Source of the DNA: an uncultured Lentisphaerales bacterium
GTDB taxonomy: Bacteria > Verrucomicrobiota > Lentisphaeria > JABSQK01 > UBA12247
Direction: 5' to 3'
NCBI GenBank assembly: GCA_943788985.1
Contig: CALSSJ010000037.1
Span: forward strand, 1-40,376
DNA: 40,376 bases
Shown: positions 1 to 9,914 of the stretch, in pieces
Layout of the letters: every line of letters starts with the position of its first letter
Numbering within the stretch: the stretch's first letter is position 1
Notes under the pieces: model-generated
The model's input: only the letters and a program-made list of their open reading frames with translations
Database searches by the model: none
What the model was told of the DNA's origin: nothing
Translations under genes and position numbers: made by a program

Positions 1-490
1 GCGCTACTTCGGCAATGGTAAGCTCCTTTGGGTTCAAGCCCCTGCCGTCGCCAGCCAAACACACAGGAAACTTCCTGCCCGGCGGAATGTGCTTCATCTT
101 GATTTCTAGCGAGGACGGCACGTCCATATCGATCCGTGCTGGATAGCAGCCAGTCATCAGAGCCGCACGTGAAGGCGTACAGAGTGGCGCAGCCACATAG
201 AAGCTAGTTAGCCGCGCGCCCTCCTTTGCCATCTGATCAATATTTGGCGTGTAGACGTGCTTTCCACCGAAGCAGCTTAGGTCGGCGTAGCCTTGGTCAT
301 CGGTAAAAATAATGACTAGATTGGGTTTCTCTACAGCATAGGAAAGAACCGAACTGAAGAGAAGTAGGAGAAGTAGGTGCTGGATCTTGATTAGCGTAGG
401 GCCCGTTCGTTTGCAGTATTGGTAGGAACTAGTGTAGTGATCCGTGAATAGCTGTACCTTTCGCGGGCTCTCCTCGACCACAGCCAGCAT
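1..490 (-). CDS. Formylglycine-dependent (S1) sulfatase, N-terminal part; runs off the window edge, start codon uncertain
   Basis: Manual translation of the minus strand gives KPNLVIIFTDDQGYADLSCFG...LCTPSRAALMTG...GLNPKELTIAEV, with a CxPxR motif. A hydrophobic stretch (HLLLLLFSSVLSYA) precedes it. In-frame ATG at 490. Confidence 0.9.
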   Translation of the reverse strand, partial: MLAVVEESPRKVQLFTDHYTSSYQYCKRTGPTLIKIQHLLLLLLFSSVLSYAVEKPNLVIIFTDDQGYADLSCFGGKHVYTPNIDQMAKEGARLTSFYVAAPLCTPSRAALMTGCYPARIDMDVPSSLEIKMKHIPPGRKFPVCLAGDGRGLNPKELTIAEVA

Positions 491-509
491 CAGCAATTCA
501 CGACGATGA

Positions 510-1886
510 CTAGCGCTTTCTACGGCGAGAGTTTTCGCCGATCGAATCGTGATAGCCGAGATCGCGTTTTGCGAAATCGAGTTGCTTCAGCAGTCGCTCG
601 ACGATCTCTGGGTGATTGCTGGCAACATTGGTTGTTTCTCCAATGTCGTCGCTGAGGTTATAGAGCGTGGGCGCTTCGATATAGGGGCGGTCTTTGGGCG
701 GGACGTGAGCTTGCCAGGTTCTCCCTTCCTTGGTGCGGTCGAGTTTCGAGTGAGGCAGGTGAAGCTTCCAGTCTCCTTGTCGGACGGCACGGAGCGACTG
801 GTGCTGGTAATAGAAGAAGGGACGATCAAGTTCAGTTTGGGTGCCATGGAAAACGCCTGAAATATCGAGCCCGTCAATCACGCGGTCTGCGGGCAGCTTC
901 GCTCCGGTTAGTTGCGCAATAGTGGGGAGCAAGTCAATGCTGGCACAGACGAGGTCTGACGTTTTTCCTGCCGGTACTCTTCCAGGAGCCCGGATGATAA
1001 AAGGAACGCGAAGCCCTCCTTCATATGTGCTAGTCTTGGCGCTACGGAGCGGTTCGCAGTGCCCGGCATGATCGCGCTCTTTCCACCAAGGGCCATTGTC
1101 GCTCAAGAAGATGACGTAGGTGGCTTCAGCCAGTCCCAGCTCACTGATCCGAGTCAGGAGTCGCCCCACATTGTGATCGAGCTCCTCAATGACATCGCCA
1201 TAGAATCCGCCCTTTGATTTTCGCTTAAACTGTTTTGATACTGCCAATTTCGTGTGCGGCATCCCATGCGCAAGATAGAGAAAGAAGGGCTGCTCCTTTG
1301 CCTGCTCGAGGAACGAAATCGCTTTGTCTGTGTAAAGAGTCGTCAAGGTCGAACGCTTCGGTTTTGGAATTGATATCTCAGCCCCTTCCCGGATCGGGCC
1401 ATCTCCACTAGTTTCAGTCCAGAAAGACTCAGCGAAACCTTGGTTGCTGGGATTGAGCTCTAGCTGAAAGGTCTCTCTGCGGCCAGCAAGGTCCCATTTC
1501 CCAATCATGGCAGTTCGGTACCCGAGTGGCTTGAGGATTTCGGGGATGGTGATTTCGTTGAGTGAAAGCGCTGGATGCGGAATCCTACCATTGTCGCCGC
1601 GATGGCGCTCAGTTCGCATGGGATAAGACCCTGTCAGCAGCGCGGCACGAGAAGGGCCACAGACGGTTTGGGCGTAGAAACTGGTGAATCGCATCCCCTC
1701 AGCGGCCATCTGGTCAATATGTGGGGTACTGATATCGGGCGAACCATAACAGCCAAGGTCTTGATAGCCTTGATCATCGGTGAAAATGATCACGATATTC
1801 GGTTTCGCTGGCTCAGCAGTCGCGCTCATCGCCCATAGGCAACAGCAACCACACAGACCAAGTAGAAACACTCTTTTCGTTTGCAA
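510..1886 (-). CDS. Formylglycine-dependent (S1) sulfatase, secreted
   Basis: Signal peptide; KPNIVIIFTDDQGY, CGPSRAALLTG, GKWDL, SDNGP, YEGGLRVP and LYNLSDDIGE motifs. Confidence 0.95.
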   Translation of the reverse strand: MQTKRVFLLGLCGCCCLWAMSATAEPAKPNIVIIFTDDQGYQDLGCYGSPDISTPHIDQMAAEGMRFTSFYAQTVCGPSRAALLTGSYPMRTERHRGDNGRIPHPALSLNEITIPEILKPLGYRTAMIGKWDLAGRRETFQLELNPSNQGFAESFWTETSGDGPIREGAEISIPKPKRSTLTTLYTDKAISFLEQAKEQPFFLYLAHGMPHTKLAVSKQFKRKSKGGFYGDVIEELDHNVGRLLTRISELGLAEATYVIFLSDNGPWWKERDHAGHCEPLRSAKTSTYEGGLRVPFIIRAPGRVPAGKTSDLVCASIDLLPTIAQLTGAKLPADRVIDGLDISGVFHGTQTELDRPFFYYQHQSLRAVRQGDWKLHLPHSKLDRTKEGRTWQAHVPPKDRPYIEAPTLYNLSDDIGETTNVASNHPEIVERLLKQLDFAKRDLGYHDSIGENSRRRKR

Positions 1887-1939
1887 TATTGGCCTCGCTT
1901 TATTTTCTCAATTCACTGGCAGCCGATTGCGTGTCACTT

Positions 1940-2947
1940 CTAATCTTCCTGGGGCTTCTTATGATCCGCCCACTCGATATCAAAGCGGCGGAGGAAGGGC
2001 AAGTTTCCTTTTCCTTTGGTCACGGCCATCTCGATCCCCCAGCTAACCAGTTGCCCGAGAGAGCTATCTGTGAAGGCCTCCGGACGATATGTGCCTGCTG
2101 CCCAGGGATGATTAATCACATTGTGCGTCTTGCGAAAGCTCAATCCGTCTACGGAATATAACACTGCGTGCTTGATGTTCTTGGGTGCTCGCGGGCCAAT
2201 CATCGCTGCGACACCATCGCCTTGCGGCCATACCACCACTTCATGATTTCCGGGGATGACCGGATTCGTCTCGTGCCTCACATAGGGGCCTTCCGGCTTA
2301 TCGGCGATGGCCAAGCCCATTTTTGTCTGGGAGGGACTTTTGCCGAGCTGACGCCCCTTGTAATAAAACCAGTATCTGCCGTCGCGAACAATCAGGCAAG
2401 CGTCATCAATGAGGTGGCTGTCAAAATGCTCGCGGACTTGGCTGTTCTGTAGTGCAGGATTGGTCGTCAGCCGCTCCCAGGGACCATCAGGTGAATCAGA
2501 AACGGCGATCCCAATCTTGGAATCAGGTTTAAATCCCTTGCCGAAGGTCTTAGACGTCCCAGTGTAGAAGAGCCAATAACGCCTCTCTGCGACGAGAATA
2601 TTCGGTGTGAAGACGCTAGCCCCCTCCCATGTTCCTGGCTCACCTTTTGCTAGAGCCATGCCCTTTTCCGTCCAGTCAACGCCATCGGGAGATGTGGCAT
2701 ACCAAACGGTAGCGTCGTAGCCCGGAGCAATGGTTCCTTTGGAATACCAGACATAGTAGAGGTCATTGATTTTGATGACGTCGCTAGGATCACGACGCAT
2801 CACTCCCTTTTCTTCACCGATGTTGGACAATGTGGTCACTGTCTTCGTCGCAGTGCCGAAGCTTGAATTTTCCGGGTTGGCAGCGGAAGCCGTAAGTACA
2901 CACACTTGTAGCAGAGCTACTAGCTGGACAAGTCTGTTCGTTGTCAT
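1940..2947 (-). CDS. GH117-like five-bladed beta-propeller glycoside hydrolase
   Basis: RRDPSDVIK..YYVWYSK, WYATSPDG, SVFTPNIL, DDACL..YYKG, NHEVVVWP and YRPEAF motifs. Signal peptide. AAGGAG RBS before ATG 2947 (the ORF track starts at 2980). Confidence 0.8.
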   Translation of the reverse strand: MTTNRLVQLVALLQVCVLTASAANPENSSFGTATKTVTTLSNIGEEKGVMRRDPSDVIKINDLYYVWYSKGTIAPGYDATVWYATSPDGVDWTEKGMALAKGEPGTWEGASVFTPNILVAERRYWLFYTGTSKTFGKGFKPDSKIGIAVSDSPDGPWERLTTNPALQNSQVREHFDSHLIDDACLIVRDGRYWFYYKGRQLGKSPSQTKMGLAIADKPEGPYVRHETNPVIPGNHEVVVWPQGDGVAAMIGPRAPKNIKHAVLYSVDGLSFRKTHNVINHPWAAGTYRPEAFTDSSLGQLVSWGIEMAVTKGKGNLPFLRRFDIEWADHKKPQED

Positions 2948-3037
2948 TTCTGGTTTTCTCCTTGTTGGTGAGTTGATCATGGTGTTGGGATGCAGATCAG
3001 GATCAAGAGGTGGGAGTGGTCTCCTTGGGATGTATTC

Positions 3038-5959
3038 TTACTCGACAGCCAGCTCCTGAAACGCGGTGTTCTCGCCACCACCGGCATTCGACACGGGAGC
3101 CACACTCCACAGGATCCAACGGTATTTCCCCAACGAACTGCCTGCGGCTGCTCGCAGTGATGCCGCCATATAATTTGCTGCTTTGACGCCAGAGGTGTCG
3201 ATTGAGCCGAGGAGCGTGAGCTTATTCAGGTTCCAGCCGGGATCGCTCACTGAATTGCTGGCATACACCGTCAGCTTCTGGGTTACTCTGCTTCCCTGAT
3301 TGTAGGACCAGCTACTGATCGCAGAAATCGCCTGGCTGCTGCCAAGGTCCATCTTGTAGACGCCAGTATGGACTCCGTTGGCAAAGATTGGCCCGTAGGT
3401 GCTCGTCAGTTTGCCGTCTGTCAGAGAAGCTAGCGGCTGATTGCCAGTCTTCAGATTTGTGAGGACTGTACGACCAGAGGCTGTAGAAACCGGCAGCTCC
3501 TTGAAGTGGCCTGGTGCACTTGCGGTTTCAAGCTGGATGTATACTGGTAGTTTCACCGTCAGTTTCAGCTCTGCCTGATCGCGGATGACCTCGAGTACCA
3601 CACTGCCGGACTTTCCGGGGAGCTGGGTAAGGAACGCCTTCAGGTTGGACGTCGCCTTGCCGTCAATTCCCTGAATTACGTCATCGTTGCGCAGGCCGGC
3701 CTCGGCTGCTGCACATCCGGCGGGAATCTCGACGATCACACCCGCGGCCTCCTTGCTGACGCCGAACGCCGAGAAAGCTTCGCCTTCCAACTCGGTCAGA
3801 GTTGCGCCTAGCCAGCCGCGTTTCTGGACCACGAGAGACCGGCCTTTTGGTGCGGGCTTGCTGCTGGTCACTTTGGCGGCGGTAGCAGGGATTTCAGGCG
3901 TCTCGGCAATCTTTTTGAGTGCTGGCTTCTTTACCCCGAACTGATCCATTGGAAAGTTCTGGAAGCCGAGCTTCAGTGCTGGTGAGCCGTCTTTGACCCG
4001 AAAATCGCCGCTGGCCGGGGCAATGAACAGAGGGTCGCCAAGCGCGGAATTTGCATCCCAGCCAAGCTTGGCTGCTTGTTTGAGAATCTTTTTGTCATTT
4101 GAAGCGAACAGATTGCGGTCCACCATAGTCTCGTCGGTGTACGGCTTATTCATTCGGGCAGTACGGTGCGGGGCGGCGAAGATGTTGCTGTAGACCTGGT
4201 CCTTACTGCGTTGGAACCAGACGTGCGGATGTAGTGAGCCAAATGGGGCCAGATTATTCCAAGCCTTGCGGCCAAAACCCTCTCGCAGCTTCAAGCCCTT
4301 GTTCAGCATCAGGTTGTTATAGATGTGATAGTTACTGGAGCCATCATCCAGATCAATATCCCAGCCGTGGTCACAGCGCCAGCGACTGTCACGAATGACG
4401 GTGGTCTTGACGGCGTCGAGGAAGGGCAGGGCGGGGTCTGCGTCCACCGCCTTCTGTGAGCTGGTCAAGTGGTCGCTGCGCCAGTAGCGGTCTCGCCCCC
4501 ACGAGTTGAATGAACCATGATCGTGGGTCTCCAGGACTGTATCGAACACGTCACAGCGCTCGATCAGGTGCCCGCCCCAGGCGCCGTCGCCAATGTTGAT
4601 CCCGGCTCGAGCGCAGTCATAGATCGAGCAATCGCGAACGGAGATGCCCTGTGCCATCTCGATCTGAACCCCAGCGGGCTGCCGTTCCACACGGCCAATC
4701 CCGTGAATCAGGCAGTCCTCAACTGCGGACTCCGCAGGATAGTTATCGGTCTTGGGGCCGGGCGTACGATCGATCTTCGTGAGATCATTCTTCTCGCCAT
4801 ACTCGAAGAGTGGATCACGCACGGCATTGGGGTCGCCGACGAAGCAGACGCCACTGGCGCCAGCGTCATGGATGTGGCAGCCCTTGACCAAGGTCCGACG
4901 GTTGTAATTGTTGACGAAGATGGCGTTGCCACCGACCTGATCGAACTCGCAGTCCTGAATGCGAACATTCTCGGTACCAGTGAGCATGAAGGCACCGCCG
5001 CGATAGATGGCCCAATCCGAGCGCAGCATTTGCTCTTTGCAGTCCATGAATGTACGAGCTGCATGGCGCACGACAAAACCCACGAAAGCGATGTGCTTCA
5101 CCGGTTTGGTACTGGATCCCTGAAGCTCCACCAAGTGCCGTAACCGCACCACTTCGACGGTTGCGGTCGCCAGGTCTGTTCCTGGTACAGGCTTGAAGTA
5201 CAGTGTCTGAGTTCCTGCATTGTGGAACCACTCACCGGCTGTATCCAATTCTTCGAAGATATTCTCCACCATGCGGTAGGCCTTGTGCATGCCCATCTGG
5301 CGATTGTTCTGCCAGCCACCTTCATAGGTGACCTCGCCCTTGGCATCCTTACCGGTGATTCGGTAGTGATAGCCGCCCCAGCGTTTGCGATGCATCGCGT
5401 GAATGTAGCCGCCGGTCGGATCGGACCAGCCAGCGGCGCGGGCCTTTGAAAAGGCATCGGCGGCATATCCTTGATACGGCTGCGCCTTCTTGGCGGCATC
5501 GTAGTTCGGGTAGCGGGCCATGCGCTGGCTTTTGCCGTTGATGAATAATTGATCCATGCTCAGGCCCGGCCGGTGTCTGCGCTTGAAAAATGCCATCTTG
5601 ATAGGGCTTCCAGCTGAGCGCGAGCCCCGCCCCGCCGCTCAATACCGCGCCGCCTTCGTTCACCGCCCGATAGACCACCGGGTGCGCTTCACTGCCTGAG
5701 TCGGCCGGTGTAAAAACCAGCGTCTCTGCCAGGTAGTAGACCCCGTCTGCCACGTGGACGGTCACGGGTTCCTTAGCTGCAACTGGGCGTGCTGCGTTCC
5801 GGGCTGCGCCCAGAGTTGCCAGTGGGCTTGCCTGGGTTCCGGGATTGGTGTCTTTCCCTGTGGGGCTTACGAAGAGCTCAGCGCCCAGGCAGCGGGAAGT
5901 GTGAGGCTGATCAACGCCACCAGTAAAACGCTCTTCACCGTAGTTGAGTCCAAGATCAT
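3038..5959 (-). CDS. Right-handed beta-helix glycoside hydrolase (GH141-like) with PDZ domain and C-terminal beta-sandwich; two frameshifts (~5885, ~5570)
   Basis: RBS+ATG at 5959 encodes signal peptide MILDSTTVKSVLLVALISLTLPAAWA. A second frame gives ELFVSPTGKDTNPGT..PLATL..GVYYL..LSGG. A third frame gives QLFINGKSQRMARYPN, ENIFEELD, beta-helix repeats, WDIDLDDGSS and PDZ (WLGAT..AAEAGLRNDDVIQGIDG). Confidence 0.75.
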
Positions 5960-6276
5960 GACTGGTCCTTATAAGTGACTGGAATAACTTCAGGTTGCTG
6001 CCGGCTTCGCAGCACAGATTTGCGCAGTGATCCGGCAAGATTGTGAAACTTCCGTGTGAATGTTTACGTGGCTTCTGAAGAGCAAGCCGATGAAGTGGTA
6101 CCGTGACGAATCTCGCAAGCAGTCTGTCGGCTTTAGATCGTCGAAGCGAAAAATTGTATTAATTTCGTATAGATTTCAGCGATTGAACGACGCATATCGT
6201 GAATATGTAACCAACATCGCCGGAAAAATGGGCAAATGGAGGCGGTTTTGCAGCCGGCGGCGCTAAGTCCGACAGG

Positions 6277-7696
6277 CTAATTCCTATTGTGCTTCACGCC
6301 AGTACTTTTGGACCAGTAGTACTTCCCTTGGGCACCCGGGTCGGCTGCCACTGGCGCATCGTACTCCACACGCAATCACGGTGTTCTTGGCATCAGGTGC
6401 CTCGGCAGGCACTTCAATCCGGGTGATGTGGCCGTTCGCATCATAGGTTACGGCCAAGGCCTCGCGCTTGGCATCGGCCAAGAAGTAGGCTTTTGCGGGC
6501 TTACCGACGAGGCCGTTGAAGGTAATGCCATCCGGGTTCCATTTCATCACGTGCAAATAGACCGTTTGGTCCTTCTGAGTCATCGCTCCCCATGGAAAGT
6601 CAAAATCAACTGGTGCGTAGTTGCTCCCATAGATTGACTCACCGTTGAGCTTCATCCACTCGCCAACTTCTGCGAGTCGCTCGATTTCCTCAGGCACCAA
6701 TGTGCCGGAAGGCTTGGGGCCGACATTGAGCAGGAAGTTCACGCCACGCGCGGCACTGAGGACCAGGCGCTCAATGATATCCTTGGGGCTCTTCCAGTTA
6801 TTGTCGTCCTGATCATAGCCCCAGTTAAGACGCATGGTCATGCAGGTTTCGGTGTCTTCAGTCATGCGCTTCTTGGCAATGGTCCGGTCTGGGAGCGACT
6901 CGAAGTCGGCATATTTCTGTTTTTCCTTCGGCACCCGACGGCTGTAGAGACGACTGCAGATCACGGCATTGGGTTGCAACTCACGTACCCGTGCGCCCTG
7001 GCGGTCGGCCTCCTCCAGGTTGGCACCACCGGTATCAAACCAGAGCACGGACATTTCACCATAGTTCGTCAGCAGTTCATCGAGTTGTTTCTGGACTAGC
7101 TCGAGATAGTCTGCATTGGAAAGCGTTCCGGGCGTCGGGCCCTTTTTCGCGCCTTTCTTGCCCCGTGGGGCCTTCAGAACTCGGTGATACCAGTCTTGAG
7201 TCTGGGAGTAATAAACGCCAAACTTGAGTCCCTCCTTGGCACACTCGTCGGCGAGTTCCTTAATAATGTCTCGCTTGAACGGCGTGGCATCCATGACGTC
7301 GTAGTCGGTCGCCTCTGTATCGAACAGGCAGAAGCCATCGTGATGCTTGGAGGTGATCACCATGTATTTCATGCCAGCAGCCTTGGCTATTGCCACCCAT
7401 GCCGCCGCATCGAACTCTGTCGGATTGAACTTTGGAGCCAACGTCTCTCGGTACTCCTGACCCGGAATCTGGAGGCTGTGCATCAGCCACTCAGCGCTTG
7501 CTCCGCCAGCTTCCTTGCCGTGGTCTTCACCGTTCCATTCACCACCAGGGATGGAATAGAGTCCCCAGTGGATGAACATGCCGTAGCGTGCGTCACGCCA
7601 CCATTCCATGTGCGAATCGTCTTCAGCTGCTGTAGCTCCTGATACCGAAATCAGCGTGATGAGGGTGAGTGCCATCATTAGGATTTTATGTTTCAT
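6277..7696 (-). CDS. Alpha-L-fucosidase, GH29; probable frameshift near the C-terminus (~6370)
   Basis: WWRDARYGMFIHWGLYS, AEW, ITSKHHDGF, LWFD, WGY and LLNVGP motifs. Signal peptide from ATG 7696. A shifted frame gives a more typical end (VEYDAPVAADPG...RN*, stop at 6277); the unshifted stop is at 6284. Confidence 0.92.
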
Positions 7697-7801
7697 TCTA
7701 CGACCTTGTTTTGGGTGGTGAGGATGGCTTCGGAGCCAGTCCATTTTACCGTCTCGGGGACGCCTGGCACAAAGGCCCGTCGTTCTGTTGACGATTACGA
7801 T

Positions 7802-7832
7802 AGTCTACTATGCACTTCAACTTGAAGTGCAA
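7802..7832 (-). promoter_or_regulatory. Candidate sigma70 promoter (TTGCAC-19 nt-TAGACT) containing a perfect 10-1-10 palindromic operator
   Basis: TGCACTTCAA-C-TTGAAGTGCA at 7811-7831. Minus-strand -35 at 7832-7827 and -10 at 7807-7802, about 105 nt upstream of the GH29 start. Confidence 0.6.
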
Positions 7833-8804
7833 CTTGTTTAATCTGAGTTTTTTCGTGCGCTCACGATTGGATGAGCTGAAGGTCCCGCAGAGCCAATCGA
7901 ACTCGAAACGATTTGGGGCAGTCTACAGGAAGAACTCAGTCAATGTGATCGGGAATGCTATCTCTAGGCTCTGCATGTCCGGCGAAGATTCCGGCGTGTT
8001 GCAGCTATCCACGGGCTGCTAGGCTGGTCAACGGCCAATCGGTTTTTGCGCCCGGCATTCTTGGTCACGATCGGTCCACAACGCTCCGGCGTGTAGCCGC
8101 TTCTCCGCGAGCGCTTGGTCCATGCTCTTCAGATCTGGATCCCAGCCAAGGAGAACGGCCGTATATCGGGGGTCGCTGCGTTGCCATCAAGTGCGGTCCC
8201 AGGTGGCAAGGGGACCAATGATACCACTGCGTCTGGGGAGCCGGCCTGCTCCAAGGGTCTGTCGATAATCTCGCTGATCAGCCAGAACTCCAGCGCTGGT
8301 TGCCAGTTGTCTGACGGACTCTCCACATCTGGCATAAACGAAGGTGTCCCGAATCAGGAATCAACAGGGCTTTGTCGCTCGTCATTTCAGCCTTTGCCCG
8401 TAAGGTGATAGCCTGATGTCAGGCTGAATTGTGAGAAGAGCGGGCAAGAGGACGCTTTAGCAGGAACCTCCTCTTGCCCCTACATCATAGCTGTGGTCCT
8501 ATCTTGCTCGGCTTCGCTTGCGGAGCAAGCCAAGCCGCCCCGATGCAATTGCGGGGCCGCAACAGCTTGGCGGCTTGCTCGAGTTGCTTGCTGGTCTTCT
8601 CTGCACCGCTACTTCCATGAGGCCAGATCAACCTCAAGCGCAACCAGGCAGTGCACCGAAGGCACTGATGGGCAATCGGTGACCGCTGCGTTAGGCAGGT
8701 TACGGTTCCAGTGAAATGGTTTTTAATTTCTGGCCTTTCTCGTCGATCACTTAGAAGACTTTTGCCCGCTCTTCGCTGATTTTCCCTTCTTGTACTCTCT
8801 GATT

Positions 8805-9914
8805 TCAGCGAGAATTCGGGCTGCCGATAGCCAGGGGCTCTGCATAGCCGGTCAGTTCGAGGTAGGCGTCTCCAATCACATTTCCTCGCTGGAGAATATC
8901 GCAACCTCCCTCCCAGTAGGAAATTCCTCCAAGATGTCCCACCATTTCTTGTTCTGCAAACCACGGTCGCACCGTCCAGTCGACTCTGCTACCGTCTGGC
9001 CGCGTCGCTCGCAGGCGGATCTGCTGGGGATATACGCCCCCGGTTTGCGGGCTCGTCCAAGTATCAATCACTTCCCAGTTGAAATGCGCTGGCCCCCGTT
9101 GCACCAGACCGCCCTCGCGGTCGATCCAAGCCAGCTTCGAATGCGCAGTGGGCTGGCCGTCGCCATCGCGAAGGATGTACAGCATGACCTCGGTCTGGTC
9201 GTGAAGACGGATGCTCAACCAGTCCCAGCCGACCTGGGTTTTGTCTAACTGACTGCTGCTGATCTCGTGATCCATCCACGCCTCGCCGCTGACCGCTCGC
9301 TCCCGGCCGTCCACGCTGAGCCGGCCGCTGACGGCAAGCCGCGGGAAGGTGATGTACCAACTCGCGTTCTCCACGCCCACACCCTTCTTCGACCACCCGT
9401 CCTCGCCGAACAGCAGCTTCGGCTTCACAGGCTTCAGGACCAACGCAAAGTGGGCGTCGCTGCGCACACTACCAGTCAGCGCCATCGTCTCGCCACTCGT
9501 CCGTTGCAGCGACCAGTTGCCGTTCTGCACGTGCAGGTCGCCAACCCGGGCGAGCGCATCCCAGCCGTCGCGGTTCAAGCGCTCTTCATGCAGCAGCCGG
9601 CCGCTCTTGATGTCGCTCACGGCCATATGTGCCATGTGTATATCCTTCGTGCCAAAGGGCTCCTTGTCTGCTTCCACGCCAGGCTTCAGTGCATAGCGAA
9701 AGAAGGTGGCCTGAAGACCAAAAGGGCGTCCTTCCTCATCCCGGACCTTGCCGGTGATGTACCACCATTCAATACGAAAGCCCGGATGGCTGCCGTGATC
9801 CTGCGGAAAGCTGAAGGTCGGATTCGGAGTGGCAATTTGGTAGCCCTCTGGTGTAAGCTCCTGACCAAGCATGGTGACTGCGAGCACCAAGTATAAGAAA
9901 ACAGCACCTTTCAT
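8805..9914 (-). CDS. Secreted lipocalin-like / CrtC (carotenoid 1,2-hydratase)-like AttH-family protein
   Basis: FPQDHGSHPGFRIEWWYITG, SWYITFPRL, AWMDHEISS, GWDWLSI, YWEG and YLELTGY motifs. Start MKGAV overlaps the permease stop (ATGA). Confidence 0.88.
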   Translation of the reverse strand: MKGAVFLYLVLAVTMLGQELTPEGYQIATPNPTFSFPQDHGSHPGFRIEWWYITGKVRDEEGRPFGLQATFFRYALKPGVEADKEPFGTKDIHMAHMAVSDIKSGRLLHEERLNRDGWDALARVGDLHVQNGNWSLQRTSGETMALTGSVRSDAHFALVLKPVKPKLLFGEDGWSKKGVGVENASWYITFPRLAVSGRLSVDGRERAVSGEAWMDHEISSSQLDKTQVGWDWLSIRLHDQTEVMLYILRDGDGQPTAHSKLAWIDREGGLVQRGPAHFNWEVIDTWTSPQTGGVYPQQIRLRATRPDGSRVDWTVRPWFAEQEMVGHLGGISYWEGGCDILQRGNVIGDAYLELTGYAEPLAIGSPNSR

